This document shows positions 40,087 to 50,344 of a DNA stretch of 64,000 bases, one piece after another; within the stretch, counting starts at the first letter, position 1, and every line of letters begins with the position of its first letter. The DNA is taken from positions 50,073 to 114,072 of the forward strand of contig JAXSPP010000007.1 of the NCBI GenBank assembly GCA_037927135.1. Direction: 5' to 3'. Position numbers and translations under genes: made by a program. Below the pieces are notes generated by a model that saw only the letters and a program-made list of their open reading frames with translations, made no database searches and was not told the origin of the DNA. The DNA comes from Candidatus Pampinifervens sinense (lineage in GTDB: Bacteria; Aquificota; Aquificia; Aquificales; Aquificaceae).

Positions 40087-41679
40087 ATGTACAAAATCCT
40101 CATAACGGACCCTATCTCCGAAAAGGGTATTGAACTGCTAAGGCGTGAGCCAGATTTTGAAGTGGACAACGAACCAGACATATCTTATGAAGAACTCCTT
40201 GAGGTGGTAGAAAACTACCACTGCATAATCACAAGGAGCAGAACGCCTGTGACGGCAGAGCTTATAGAGAGGGCAAAAAACCTCAAGGTTATAGGAAGGG
40301 CTGGTGTGGGTGTAGACAACATAGATATAGAAGCGGCATCTATGAGGGGCATACTTGTAATAAACACTCCTGGTGCGAACACCATAGGAGCTACAGAGCT
40401 GACCCTTTGCCACATGTTAAACGTTATAAGGAACGCACACACAGCCCACAATAGCATGGTGGAGGGAAGGTGGGACAGGAAGAAGTTTATGGGTAGGGAA
40501 CTGTACGGTAAGACCCTTGGCATAATAGGCCTCGGAAACATAGGTTCTCAGGTGGCCATAAGGGCAAAGGCCTTTGGCATGACCGTATACGCTTACGATC
40601 CATACATACCAAAGGAAAAGGCAGAAAGGCTAGGTGTTAAGCTCTTTGACAACCTCCATGATATGCTCCGTCAGGTAGACATCCTTACCATCCATGCACC
40701 CTTAACTCATGAGACCAAGCATATGATAACAAGGAAAGAGTTTGAAATAATGAAAGATGGTGCCATACTTATAAACTGTGCCAGAGGTGGAATAGTGAAG
40801 GATGAGGATTTAATCTGGGCTTTGGAGAGCGGAAAGCTTGCCGGAGTGGGCCTTGATGTCTTCTCTGTAGAGCCTCCCCCAAAGGAGTTTATAGATAAGA
40901 TATCCAAGTTTCCCAACGTGTCCCTCTCTCCCCATATAGGAGCCAACACTTACGAGTCTCAGGAGAATGTGGCTGTGATCATTGCCCAGCAGGTCATAAA
41001 GGCCCTAAGGGGCCAAACGGTAGAGTATGTGGTAAATGCTCCCTTCCCAGACCTCTCTGTTATCACCCTTATAAAGCCTCATCTTGATCTGGCGGAAAGG
41101 ATGGGAAGGTTTTTGGTCCAGTGGGCCGAGGAGGGCATAAGGGAAGTGCACATTGAGGTAAGGGGAGACATAGCCCAACACTTTCATCCCATAGCCTCCG
41201 CCGTGCTTATGGGTATTCTAAAAGAAATTGTGGATTTTCCGGTAAACATCATAAACGCCAGCTATGTGGCAAAGGACAGGGGCATAAAGGTGGAGGAGCT
41301 CACTTCCGAAGAGAGTGAAGACTTCAAGCACTATATAAGGGTGGTGGCAAAGGGGAACGGTATGGAGAGGGTAGTGGCAGGCTCTGTGCTTGAGGGACAC
41401 ATTCCAAGGATATTCCAGATTGACTCCTATAGGGTGGATGTGGAGCCTGAGGGCATAATGCTTGTTTTTGAAAACAGGGATGTGCCCGGTGTGATAGGAA
41501 GGATAGGCACAATCCTTGGCAATGCTGGTATAAACATAGCGGGCTTTAGGCTAGGAAGAGAAAAGAAGGGTGGTATAGCCCTCGGCATTTTAAACCTTGA
41601 TGACCCGGTGCCTCAAGAGATCATTGAAGAGCTAAGAAAGCTACCCCATATCATCTTTGTAAAACAAGTGATAATATGA
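40087..41679 (+). CDS. serA: D-3-phosphoglycerate dehydrogenase (type I with ASB/ACT domains)
   Basis: RAGVGVDN, GLGNIG, NCARGG, PHIGA, D.PGVIG ACT domain. Confidence 0.95.
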   Translation: MYKILITDPISEKGIELLRREPDFEVDNEPDISYEELLEVVENYHCIITRSRTPVTAELIERAKNLKVIGRAGVGVDNIDIEAASMRGILVINTPGANTIGATELTLCHMLNVIRNAHTAHNSMVEGRWDRKKFMGRELYGKTLGIIGLGNIGSQVAIRAKAFGMTVYAYDPYIPKEKAERLGVKLFDNLHDMLRQVDILTIHAPLTHETKHMITRKEFEIMKDGAILINCARGGIVKDEDLIWALESGKLAGVGLDVFSVEPPPKEFIDKISKFPNVSLSPHIGANTYESQENVAVIIAQQVIKALRGQTVEYVVNAPFPDLSVITLIKPHLDLAERMGRFLVQWAEEGIREVHIEVRGDIAQHFHPIASAVLMGILKEIVDFPVNIINASYVAKDRGIKVEELTSEESEDFKHYIRVVAKGNGMERVVAGSVLEGHIPRIFQIDSYRVDVEPEGIMLVFENRDVPGVIGRIGTILGNAGINIAGFRLGREKKGGIALGILNLDDPVPQEIIEELRKLPHIIFVKQVII

Positions 41680-42822
41680 GATCATCTCCTTTATGATCCT
41701 TTCTCCAGCTTCCAGCTTGCTCTGGGCCTTTACTTCTATTAGCTTGCCATCTTTAAAGATCATCAGGCCCTCGTAGGCCTCAGAGCCCATACTCTCCAAA
41801 GGATTGGCTATTATTAGGTCAAGGTTTTTCTCCCTTAGCTTCCTTATGGCCTCATCCCTTAGCCTTTCCCTTTCTTCTAGAGCAAAGCCCACAAGGACCT
41901 TTTGACCTTTCGCCTTTCCAAGCTCCTTGAGTATATCTGGATTTTTTACAAGCTCAAGGCTAATCCTCTCTTGCTTTTTCATCTTTCCCTCATAGGCCAC
42001 CAGAGGCCTATAGTCGGCCACCGCTGCGTTCATGACTATTATGTCTGCCCAATCTTTTAAGTCCATAACCTTTTTTAGCATGTCCTGTGCCGAGACAACC
42101 CTAATTATCTCCACCTCCGGTGGCTCTTTGGCCGTTGTAAAGCCTGCTATTACTTTGACCTCTGCACCATACCATCGGAAGAGCCTTGCCAAGGAAAAGC
42201 CCATAAGACCGCTAGAAAGGTTAGATATGAACCTCACCCTGTCTATAAACTCCCTTGTGGCACCTACGGTGATAAGAACCTTTTTCCCCTTTAGTGGCTT
42301 TGGCCTCAGACCATACTCTACCCAGTCAAGCAATCTTTCTACGCTTGCAAGTCTGCCTTGGCCCTCTTCTTCGCAAAGAAGTCTTCCTTCCTCCGGTTCT
42401 ATCACTATCACACCCCTCTCTTTTAACCTTCTTATATTCTCCTGCACTGCAGGATTTTTATACATCTCCACATTCCCAGCCGGAGCCACCATAAGCGTTC
42501 CCTTATGAGATAGGGCGCATGTGGTCAAAAGGTTATCGCCTATGCCAAGGGCCACCTTTGAGAGGGTGTTTATGCTACAGGGAGCAATGAGAAAAAGGTC
42601 CGACCATCTTGGTAGGTTTATGTGCAAAAGTGGGTCATCCTCCCAATCTACATAGGCCTTGTGGCCCGAAAGGGCCCAAAAGGTAAGCCTGCTTATAAAC
42701 CTTTCAGAAAAGGGAGAAAGGACCACCCTTACCTCATGGCCTGCCTTTTTTAGCTCCCTTATGAGCTCACAGGCCTTGTATATGGCTATGCTTGAGCTAA
42801 CTCCCAAAAGTATCTTAGCCAT
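41641..42822 (-). CDS. coaBC: phosphopantothenoylcysteine decarboxylase/ligase
   Basis: SIA.YK, LLCEEEG.GRL, RFISN.SSG.MG, AAVADY, KNPDIL. Confidence 0.93.
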   Translation of the reverse strand: MAKILLGVSSSIAIYKACELIRELKKAGHEVRVVLSPFSERFISRLTFWALSGHKAYVDWEDDPLLHINLPRWSDLFLIAPCSINTLSKVALGIGDNLLTTCALSHKGTLMVAPAGNVEMYKNPAVQENIRRLKERGVIVIEPEEGRLLCEEEGQGRLASVERLLDWVEYGLRPKPLKGKKVLITVGATREFIDRVRFISNLSSGLMGFSLARLFRWYGAEVKVIAGFTTAKEPPEVEIIRVVSAQDMLKKVMDLKDWADIIVMNAAVADYRPLVAYEGKMKKQERISLELVKNPDILKELGKAKGQKVLVGFALEERERLRDEAIRKLREKNLDLIIANPLESMGSEAYEGLMIFKDGKLIEVKAQSKLEAGERIIKEMISYYHLFYKDDMG

Positions 42823-43702
42823 CCTTCAAAGCCCAATAGATCACAGCCATCCTAACATAAAGGCCCATCTCCACCTGCTTTAGAACCAAGGACTTTTCCG
42901 AGTATAGCACCTCTGCGTCAATATCCACATAGAGGTTTACAGGCCCCGGGTGCATAAAGTAGCCCTTTAAAGCCCTATGCCTTTCTTTTGTTAAGCCAAA
43001 CTGCAAAAAGTAGCTTTCCTTGCTGGCTATGTAGTTTTCTTTGAACCTCTCCTCCTGTAGCCTTAGCCATACGCAAAGGTCTGCCCATTCTATGGCATCT
43101 TCTACCCTGTCAAAGACCTCCTCCACGCCAAAGGGAGAAAGGTCGGAAGGTATCAAGGTTCTTGGGCCACACACACCAAGCCTTGCACCAAAGAGCTTAA
43201 AAAGGTAGGCTGAGGACCTAAAGACCCTGCTGTGGAGTATATCACCGATAAAGACCACCTTTAAGTTTTCCACCTTTCCGTAGGCCTCAAGGGCAGTAAA
43301 GAGGTCTATAAGGCCCTGTGTGGGATGCTGATGGGTTCCATCTCCAGCGTTTATAAGGCTCATGCTTTCTTTTAGATAGTTTTCGTAAGGGAAAAGCACA
43401 AAGGGAACCCTGAATATAAAAGCCCTAAAGCCAAGGGCGGAAAGGGTCTTTATTGTGTCAAAAAAGCTCTCACCCTTTTCTATGGAGCTTTCCCTGTTTC
43501 CCACATAGTAGGTCCTAAGGCCCAAAAGCCTGCAGGCTTTTTCAAAGGAGAGGCGTGTCCTTGTAGAACTCTCCAAAAAAAAGAGGGCCACATCACCCTC
43601 AAGGCTTTCCCTTCTTCCCCTTTTGAAGTCTTCACAAAGGCTTTTTAACTCTTGTATATCTTCCTTTTCAAGGTCTCTCACAGAGATAAGGTGCTTTGCC
43701 AT
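42815..43702 (-). CDS. pyrB: aspartate carbamoyltransferase catalytic subunit
   Basis: STRTR.SF, NAGDG.HQHPTQ, RLQ.ER, HPGPVN. Confidence 0.95.
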   Translation of the reverse strand: MAKHLISVRDLEKEDIQELKSLCEDFKRGRRESLEGDVALFFLESSTRTRLSFEKACRLLGLRTYYVGNRESSIEKGESFFDTIKTLSALGFRAFIFRVPFVLFPYENYLKESMSLINAGDGTHQHPTQGLIDLFTALEAYGKVENLKVVFIGDILHSRVFRSSAYLFKLFGARLGVCGPRTLIPSDLSPFGVEEVFDRVEDAIEWADLCVWLRLQEERFKENYIASKESYFLQFGLTKERHRALKGYFMHPGPVNLYVDIDAEVLYSEKSLVLKQVEMGLYVRMAVIYWALKDG

Positions 43703-43732
43703 ACTGGGAGTATAATTTTAACACAGAGAGTG

Positions 43733-44233
43733 TTATATTTCTTTTCTCAAGTCTCTTGTCATGGCTTCTTCATAGGTGTAGGGACACTTCTTAGGTAAGT
43801 CTCTTTTAGAGAGATTTAGATTATTATCCCTTGCCCATCTTAGGATTTTGGGTATGGCAAAGGTCCAAGCTTTATCCATTTCTTCTGGTAGCTTTTTTCT
43901 CAAACTTGGATAGATTTCAAAAAGTGCTTCTATTTCATCCCTTGCGTTTTCTATGCTTTTTATCCATCCCATACCGCCCGCCTCTTCCCCACCAGTGGTC
44001 AGCCCTCTAAAATGGTCCCATTTGTAGAGGTGTTCCAAGATGATAGCCAAGTAGCTAATACAAGCCTTTAGGTCAGACCTTGCCATATCCTCTATTTCCT
44101 CCAGAAGGTTTTCCCAATCCACCAAATCGTAAGCCTTTTCTCTGAGAAGTTCTAAGTTTATCTCCGCCCAAAGAGGAAAGTCCTTATGGTAAAGCTCCTT
44201 TAGTTCTTCTTTGCTTATGGTCCTCATCTTCAT
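43733..44233 (-). CDS. DUF29 family protein
   Basis: LY..DF..W, DWENLLEEIEDM, HLYKW, CPYT.EE. Confidence 0.85.
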   Translation of the reverse strand: MKMRTISKEELKELYHKDFPLWAEINLELLREKAYDLVDWENLLEEIEDMARSDLKACISYLAIILEHLYKWDHFRGLTTGGEEAGGMGWIKSIENARDEIEALFEIYPSLRKKLPEEMDKAWTFAIPKILRWARDNNLNLSKRDLPKKCPYTYEEAMTRDLRKEI

Positions 44234-44331
44234 AGGAATAAATATAAGTAAGTAAGAAGGAAGTATTTATTTTTAGAACAGTCATTGATTTTTTTACTGT
44301 CTCTTTCCTTTTTCAGCATTATAATTTTAAC

Positions 44332-44907
44332 ATGGACAGAAAGGAACGGATAGTGGAGCTGATAGCTCAGGGCTATAGGAATGTAAAGTCCTTGGCCCAA
44401 TACTTTGGCGTTTCCCTTATGACCATCTACAGGGATGTGAGGGAGCTTGAAAAGGAAGGAAGGATTGTAAGAAAGCATGGGGAACTGCTTTTAAGAGAAG
44501 AAGCGGGAGAGCTGGTAGAGGAATCTCTTCCCACATGCGCTTATTGCACCAAGCCCATAGAAAAGAGGCTCGAGTTTACATATAGGCTAAAGAAAGGAAG
44601 GATTGTAAGGGCATGCTGCGCCCACTGTGGCCTACTTCTTTACAAAAACATAAAAGAGGAAGATATAGAGTCTTGCATGACTTGGGATTTTATAAACTGT
44701 AAGCCTCTTAGCTGTTTTTCAGCTTGGTATGTGGTGGGCTCTTCCGCTTTGCCTTGCTGTTCTCCATCCGTCATTGCCTTTGCTAGCAAAGAAGATGCGG
44801 AGAAGTTTGCAAAGGGCTTTGGGGGAGTGGTTTTAGACTTTGAAAAAGCCGTAGAAGGCATTGAGCAACTTATGAAAAGAGGAACACCGGTTAAAATGAA
44901 CCTATAA
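44332..44907 (+). CDS. DeoR-HTH plus NosL-like metal-binding regulator (YcnK-like)
   Basis: FGVSLMTIYRD.RELE HTH; CAYC, CCAHCG, PCCSPS.IAF...EDA.KF..GFGG. Confidence 0.8.
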   Translation: MDRKERIVELIAQGYRNVKSLAQYFGVSLMTIYRDVRELEKEGRIVRKHGELLLREEAGELVEESLPTCAYCTKPIEKRLEFTYRLKKGRIVRACCAHCGLLLYKNIKEEDIESCMTWDFINCKPLSCFSAWYVVGSSALPCCSPSVIAFASKEDAEKFAKGFGGVVLDFEKAVEGIEQLMKRGTPVKMNL

Positions 44908-44917
44908 GGAGGTAAAG

Positions 44918-46798
44918 ATGGAAAAGGTAAAGATATACGTAGATGGAATAGAGTATGAGGTGGAAAAGAACAAGCCCTTGCTACAGAACCTTCTTGACCT
45001 TGGCATACAAGTGCCTTACTTTTGCTACCATCCCCGCCTCAAGATAATAGGTGCCTGTAGGATGTGCATAGTTTTTAACGAAAAGACTGGAAGGCTTATG
45101 ACCTCTTGCAACACCTACCCAGAGGAGGGCATGTCCATATCTACCAAGCATCCCCTTGTGGTAGAAAACCAAAAGTATCTTTTGCAAGCCTTTATGACAA
45201 GGCATCCCCTTGACTGTCCCATATGCGACAAGGCTGGAGAGTGCGACCTACAAAACTACGGAGCCCTTTTTGGACCGCAAAAACAGATAGTCCCAGTCTC
45301 GGCCCTTGAAAAGGAAAGGCACCAGCTTGATTGGGAAAGCGATTTCCTTGAGTATTACTCCAACAGATGCGTAGTTTGTTATAGATGCACAAGGGCCTGC
45401 GATGATGTGGTGGGGGCCCATGCCTTGTATGTGGAAGAGAGGGGCTTTCAGGCAAACATAGCACCCACCATAAGGCCCATGGATACCTCCACCTGCGAGA
45501 TGTGCGGTATATGCGTCTATGTATGCCCTGTTGGTGCCATAATCTCCAAGCCCTTTAAGTATTGGACAAGGAGCTGGCTACTTAAGAAGGGGAAAACTAT
45601 ATGCAATCTCTGCCCTGTGGGCTGTGAGGTCCAGATTGAATACGGAGTAGGAGACTGGAGGTCAAAGGATAAGGTTTATAGGACAAAGCCCACTGATGAG
45701 CTAAACATATGCGCCAAAGCCTTTTTTGGCTACGATGTGCTAAACTACGAAAGGCTTAGAACTCCAAAGATGTTTGGAAAGGAGGAAACGAGGGGCAACT
45801 TGGCCAACTACCTCTCCATGTTGCTAAGAAGGGACCCAGAGAACACACTCCTTGTGCTATCTTCTTATATGAGCAACGAGGACTACAGCCTTATAAAAGA
45901 GATAGTTAAAAGGACTGGCGCAATGGTAAGCACTCCCTTGAGCCTTGACCTTTTGCCCTTCCTGTCTTCCTACGGAGAGTATGAAGGCCTAAGCATAAAG
46001 GACTTGGAAGATGCAGACTTTTACGTGTTTATAGGTGAGGATATCACCTCCACGGCGCCCGTTCTTTCTTACTATACAAAGAAGAAGGTCTATAAGATAG
46101 GAAAGGTGCAAAGGGATTCAAAGCTAAAGCCTGTAATGATTGAAAAAGAGGAGCTTTCCAAGCTGGAAGGTAAAGGTGTAGTAGTTTTCAATGCGGTGGG
46201 AATGAAGGCCGAAGAGGCAAGCCAGTGGGGGAATTATTTAAAGGATCTTTGCAAGGAAAAGGGCTTTGGGCTTGTGCTTCTTCACGATGGGAACTTTATG
46301 GGCCTAATAAGGCACATACCCATAGATTGGATATCCAGCCTGCCGAAGGCCCTAAATAGGGCAAAGAACCTTATCATCTTTGGAGAGGATCTGCTGGATT
46401 ACATGGCCATAGAAGAGGTGGAAAATCTCTTTGAAAAGGCTGAACATACAGTGGTCTTTTCTCCCTTTGAGGACGGCATAGCCCAGCTTGCGCACATAAG
46501 GGTGCCCATGGACCTCTTTGGTGAGATAGAAGGCACCTACTATACCCTTATGGGTGAAAAGAAGGCAAAGAGAGTTCTGCACAAGTTCTTTGACCACACT
46601 AGCCTCTTGAGGAGCATCCTTGAAAGCTTGCCGGCGGAAGAGAAGACTCCAGCTGTTCTAAAGGGTGGGTCCTTTGAAGGCAAAAGGTTTGTGCATCTTT
46701 ATAGGAGCAACTGGATAACCAAGAGGAGCGAAAACCTCACAAGGCTTTATGAGAAAAACACAGCCCTTGAGGAGGTATTAAGGTTGGGAAGCTCATAA
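44918..46798 (+). CDS. nuoG: NADH-quinone oxidoreductase subunit G
   Basis: FCYHP.L...GACRMC, HPLDCPICDKAGEC.LQ, C..C.RC.R.C, C..CG.C...CPVGA. Confidence 0.88.
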   Translation: MEKVKIYVDGIEYEVEKNKPLLQNLLDLGIQVPYFCYHPRLKIIGACRMCIVFNEKTGRLMTSCNTYPEEGMSISTKHPLVVENQKYLLQAFMTRHPLDCPICDKAGECDLQNYGALFGPQKQIVPVSALEKERHQLDWESDFLEYYSNRCVVCYRCTRACDDVVGAHALYVEERGFQANIAPTIRPMDTSTCEMCGICVYVCPVGAIISKPFKYWTRSWLLKKGKTICNLCPVGCEVQIEYGVGDWRSKDKVYRTKPTDELNICAKAFFGYDVLNYERLRTPKMFGKEETRGNLANYLSMLLRRDPENTLLVLSSYMSNEDYSLIKEIVKRTGAMVSTPLSLDLLPFLSSYGEYEGLSIKDLEDADFYVFIGEDITSTAPVLSYYTKKKVYKIGKVQRDSKLKPVMIEKEELSKLEGKGVVVFNAVGMKAEEASQWGNYLKDLCKEKGFGLVLLHDGNFMGLIRHIPIDWISSLPKALNRAKNLIIFGEDLLDYMAIEEVENLFEKAEHTVVFSPFEDGIAQLAHIRVPMDLFGEIEGTYYTLMGEKKAKRVLHKFFDHTSLLRSILESLPAEEKTPAVLKGGSFEGKRFVHLYRSNWITKRSENLTRLYEKNTALEEVLRLGSS

Positions 46799-46892
46799 GG
46801 TTCATAGTAGCGTGTGCTTTGTGTGTAGGCTTGGCTTTTCTTATATATTTGCTGGTAAGTACTTTAGGCTTTTAACACACCCTCCCTCGGTA

Positions 46893-46921
46893 TTGACAAA
46901 AGAAGGGTTCAATGTTAAAAT
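46893..46921 (+). promoter_or_regulatory. sigma70 promoter of tRNA-Ala
   Basis: TTGACA-N17-TAAAAT with a TG extended -10. Confidence 0.75.
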
Positions 46922-46937
46922 AAAATACGTTAAGTTA

Positions 46938-47012
46938 GGGGCGGTAGCTCAGTGGGAGAGCGCCTGCTTGGCGTGTAGGAGGTCGGGGGTTCAAATCCCC
47001 TCCGCTCCACCA
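46938..47012 (+). tRNA. tRNA-Ala(GGC)
   Basis: GGGGCGG/CCGCTCC acceptor stem with G3:U70, anticodon arm CCTGC-TTGGCGT-GTAGG, TTCAAAT T-loop, ACCA end. Confidence 0.97.
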
Positions 47013-47038
47013 AGCAAAAATAAAAAAATAAAAGGGGC

Positions 47039-48337
47039 TTAAAGCCCCATGTCTTTAGCTTGTTCCTCTGTGAGATGTCTGTCCTCTTGAGCTTCCCTCT
47101 GCAAGGCTTCACACTTGTCAAGGAGCTCTTTTAGCCTTACAGGTGCCTCCGTCAAAGGTAGAGAAGAGTCGTAGATTTCCGCTTTTACACCGCACTCCCT
47201 CATGGCCTCATAGAGCATCCTAAGACCCTTTTCCGCTTCAGGACCGTTTCTTCTCACCACCCATATCCAGTTTGGATTTAGCTTCCCTTCCTTATAAAGA
47301 TCCCTTATGGCATTGGCCACACCTTCACCCAAAGTCACATCAATCCTCGTATTGTTGGCCGTTCCACCACATACTAAAACCCCCCTAATGCCGGGCTTTG
47401 AAAGTATGATGCGCGTTATCTTATACATCTTCTCAGCTGGTGGATTTCCACCTATATCTGTAAAGTTGGCTGGCCTCAAACCTATGGCATAAGCCGTTTC
47501 AATGGTAACAGTGGAACCACCTCCTCCAAAGGTCATCATGGCAATATCACCATCCATCTCTACATATGATCCTGCCTTACCCCTATGATCATCCCTATCT
47601 ATAAGAGAAGCCTCTATCTCCCTCTCTGTAGGAGGCCTCTTCATAGCTGTCCTAACACCGTATATCTTTGCTGGTGGTATGCTTGCATCATCGTCTATTA
47701 TGACCACAGCATCCAAGGCCAAAACCTTTTGCTTTCCTTCCACATCACATATGGCAAGTGGGTTTATCTCTAAAAGTCTGGCTTCTGCCTCCCAAAAGGC
47801 CCTCCACATGTTGGCTATTACTTCTGATAGCTCCCTTAAGACTCCCATGTATTCTTTTGGAAAGCCAAGCTCAAGAAGGTAATTCCTTACCATATGTGGA
47901 TATAGGCCCTTTATTGGGTCTATTACCCAGCTTTTTACCTTTTCCGGTGGGACTTCTTCTATGTCCATTCCACCTTCAAGGCTCAAGGTCAAAACAGGCG
48001 CTCTTACCTCTGTAGAGTAGGTTATAGAAGCGTAAAGCTCCTTTAGTATGTTTGCCTTTTCTGCAACCAAAAGGCCCACGGGCATTTCGCCATAAACGGG
48101 GTAATTAAGCAGTGCCTTAAAGGTTTCTATAGCTTCCTCTGGGCTTTTACAAACCTTTACAGCGCCAGCCTTTCCCCTCTTTCCCACAAGCACTTGGGAC
48201 TTTATTACACACTCACCTAGTTGATTGATAAAATTGACTATCTCATCACTAAGATGGTTATCAAACATAAACCTTGGCGTGGGAATACCATACTTTTTAA
48301 ATATCTTCTCGTAAGCCTCATACTCATAAAGGTTCAT
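47039..48337 (-). CDS. ccsA: citryl-CoA synthetase large subunit (SucC-like, reductive TCA cycle)
   Basis: MNLYEYEA, GKRGKAG, EINPL, FGGGGS, ANFTDIGGNP, GGTANNT (citrate-type, not SucC NGAG/FGGI). Confidence 0.8.
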   Translation of the reverse strand: MNLYEYEAYEKIFKKYGIPTPRFMFDNHLSDEIVNFINQLGECVIKSQVLVGKRGKAGAVKVCKSPEEAIETFKALLNYPVYGEMPVGLLVAEKANILKELYASITYSTEVRAPVLTLSLEGGMDIEEVPPEKVKSWVIDPIKGLYPHMVRNYLLELGFPKEYMGVLRELSEVIANMWRAFWEAEARLLEINPLAICDVEGKQKVLALDAVVIIDDDASIPPAKIYGVRTAMKRPPTEREIEASLIDRDDHRGKAGSYVEMDGDIAMMTFGGGGSTVTIETAYAIGLRPANFTDIGGNPPAEKMYKITRIILSKPGIRGVLVCGGTANNTRIDVTLGEGVANAIRDLYKEGKLNPNWIWVVRRNGPEAEKGLRMLYEAMRECGVKAEIYDSSLPLTEAPVRLKELLDKCEALQREAQEDRHLTEEQAKDMGL

Positions 48338-48411
48338 CCTCAAACCTCCTTTTTCAAAGGTATGACTAAAATTATAACATTTTGCTTGAGTAATCTATAA
48401 TTTAATAGCGG

Positions 48412-49143
48412 ATGAAAAAAGCTATTATAACTGGCATAAGAAGAATTGGCTATAAATTAGCCAAAAGCCTCTTAGAAAAGGGTTGGACTGTAGGGGTTGT
48501 TTATAAAACTTCCGAAGACGTTTATAAAAGCCTCTTGAAAGAGTTTGGTTCAAGGGTTTTTGGAGTAAGAGCCGACCTTAGCCTTTGGCAAGATTGTGAA
48601 AGGGCAGTAAGGGAGCTTTCTGAGAGGCTTGGTGGAGTGGATGCCTTTTTGCACTTGGCAAGCCCCTATGAAGCCACACCCCTTGATAGCCTAAAGGAGG
48701 AAGACATAGATAAGCACTTTAAACCCATAGCCCAAGCCTTTTTGGTCTTTTGTAAGGAGCTTTACCCTGTGATGCTAAAAAACCCAGGAGATATTAAAGG
48801 TAGGATAATAGCCTTTGGAGACTGGGCTACCAACACCACACCCTATAGAAATTACTGTGCTTACTTTGTAGCAAAGGGAGCTCTTCACACGGCAGTAAAG
48901 GTGATGGCAAAGGAGCTTGCCCCTCATATCTTGGTAAACGCCATAGCCCTTGGACCTACACTCAAAGCCTGTCAGATCTCTGAAGAAAAATGGCAAGAGT
49001 ACATAAACAAAACACCGCTCAAAAGACCAGTCTCTATGGATGACGTGATAAAGCTTACCCATTATCTTCTTGAAGTAGAAAGTATGACAGGGGAGATAAT
49101 AAACCTTGATAGTGGAAGGCATGTATCGGGAGAAGGTGCGTAA
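48412..49143 (+). CDS. SDR oxidoreductase, pteridine reductase/FolM-like
   Basis: TGIRRIG, YFVAK (YxxxK), VNAIALGP, TGEIINLDSG. Confidence 0.75.
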   Translation: MKKAIITGIRRIGYKLAKSLLEKGWTVGVVYKTSEDVYKSLLKEFGSRVFGVRADLSLWQDCERAVRELSERLGGVDAFLHLASPYEATPLDSLKEEDIDKHFKPIAQAFLVFCKELYPVMLKNPGDIKGRIIAFGDWATNTTPYRNYCAYFVAKGALHTAVKVMAKELAPHILVNAIALGPTLKACQISEEKWQEYINKTPLKRPVSMDDVIKLTHYLLEVESMTGEIINLDSGRHVSGEGA

Positions 49144-49729
49144 AGTGGTGGTGCTCTTTAGCGGTGGTGTGGAGAGCACTTGCCTTTTGTATCTCTATCT
49201 GAAGGAGGGCTGGCTTACATACCCTCTTTACATAAGGTCTGGCTATCCATGGGAAGTGTTGGAGCTTGAAAATGCAAAGGACCTCTGGAGATATACAAAG
49301 GAAAAGTTTAAAAACCTTATGGCTTTAAGAGTGGTCTTTTATGCTAATCCTGAAAAGGTCAAAAACAGGGATCACAGAAAGGACCTCTTCATGCCCTTGA
49401 GAAACCTAAACCTTATAACCCTAGCATGTAATTATGCCCTCCTCAAAGGTATAGATCATGTGGCCATAGGCAGTTTAGGCATTTACCCCTTTTACGACAA
49501 CAACCAAGAATACATGGACCTGATGCGAAAACTTACACGCATGAGCATACTTACCCCTTTTATGAACATGGAAAAAAGTGAGGTAGTATTAAAGTATGCA
49601 AAGGGTGTGCCCTTAGAGAAGACCCTCTCTTGTATAGCACCAAGGAGATCAAGAGGTAAGATATTGCCTTGTGGAAGGTGTCCAAAATGTAAAGAAAGGG
49701 AAGAGGCACTCAAAGGCCTATCACTTTAA
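49121..49729 (+). CDS. QueC-like PP-loop ATPase
   Basis: [15 protein letters not shown]....[10 protein letters not shown] zinc site. Confidence 0.75.
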   Translation: MYREKVRKVVVLFSGGVESTCLLYLYLKEGWLTYPLYIRSGYPWEVLELENAKDLWRYTKEKFKNLMALRVVFYANPEKVKNRDHRKDLFMPLRNLNLITLACNYALLKGIDHVAIGSLGIYPFYDNNQEYMDLMRKLTRMSILTPFMNMEKSEVVLKYAKGVPLEKTLSCIAPRRSRGKILPCGRCPKCKEREEALKGLSL

Positions 49730-50123
49730 CCACAACCCTCTTTCTTCTTTGGCCGTCAAACTCTGCATAAAAGATCTCTTGCCATGGCCCAAGGTCAAGC
49801 TTGCCATTGGTGACAGGAAGAACCACTTGGAGGTGTGTAAGAAGGTTTTTAAGATGGGCATCTCCGTTATCCTCTCCCGTTTTATGATGCTTATAGTCCT
49901 CTCGGTACGGAGCTAGCCTTTCAAGCCACTCCCATATGTCTTGATGCAAACCCTCCTCATCATCTTGAATTATTACGGAAGAAGTAAGATGCATAGAAGA
50001 AACAAGGCATAGACCCTCTTTTATACCAGACTCTTCTACTATCCTTTTTACCTCATCCGTTATCCTTATGAGCTCTCGCCTGTTCTTTGTATGAAAGGTA
50101 AGGTAAGCTGTATAACTCCTCAT
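49710..50123 (-). CDS. YjbQ/UPF0047 family protein
   Basis: H.TSS, NGDAHLK, LGPWQ.IF..EFDG.R. Confidence 0.9.
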   Translation of the reverse strand: MRSYTAYLTFHTKNRRELIRITDEVKRIVEESGIKEGLCLVSSMHLTSSVIIQDDEEGLHQDIWEWLERLAPYREDYKHHKTGEDNGDAHLKNLLTHLQVVLPVTNGKLDLGPWQEIFYAEFDGQRRKRVVVKVIGL

Positions 50124-50344
50124 GTTTGCCTCTTTAAATATTCATTTATCATAGCCTCCATCATATCCTTATGGTATAGCCTTTCCCTCTTTAGGGCTTC
50201 TATTTCCATCTCAAGCTCATGCGTCATAGGATGATGCTTTTCAAGTTTGTCAATTTTTGCATCAAGCTCATGATGCCTTTCGTAATGATATCTAAACTCT
50301 TTGCTTTCTTGCAAAAGCTTTTGAATGATTTCCTCTCTGTTCAT
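50120..50344 (-). CDS. DUF465/YdcH family small helical protein
   Basis: H.ELD.KI..LE, LKRERL..KD. Confidence 0.75.
   Translation of the reverse strand: MNREEIIQKLLQESKEFRYHYERHHELDAKIDKLEKHHPMTHELEMEIEALKRERLYHKDMMEAMINEYLKRQT

Noticed and set aside
41641-41679. Convergent 3' overlaps (serA/coaBC, tldD/miaA, tgpA/queF, PilZ/rpsU) as antisense regulation
   Set aside because: Overlaps of 25-50 bp are expected in a compact genome and show no additional signal
46799-46892. Small ORF or RNA between nuoG and the tRNA-Ala promoter (minus-strand GAGGGAGG)
   Set aside because: The following GTG frames stop within 2-4 codons and I found no convincing stem
47039-48337. Ordinary succinyl-CoA synthetase beta subunit
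   Set aside because: Lacks the SucC NGAGL and NIFGGI motifs; GGGGS and GGTANNT fit the citrate-binding type
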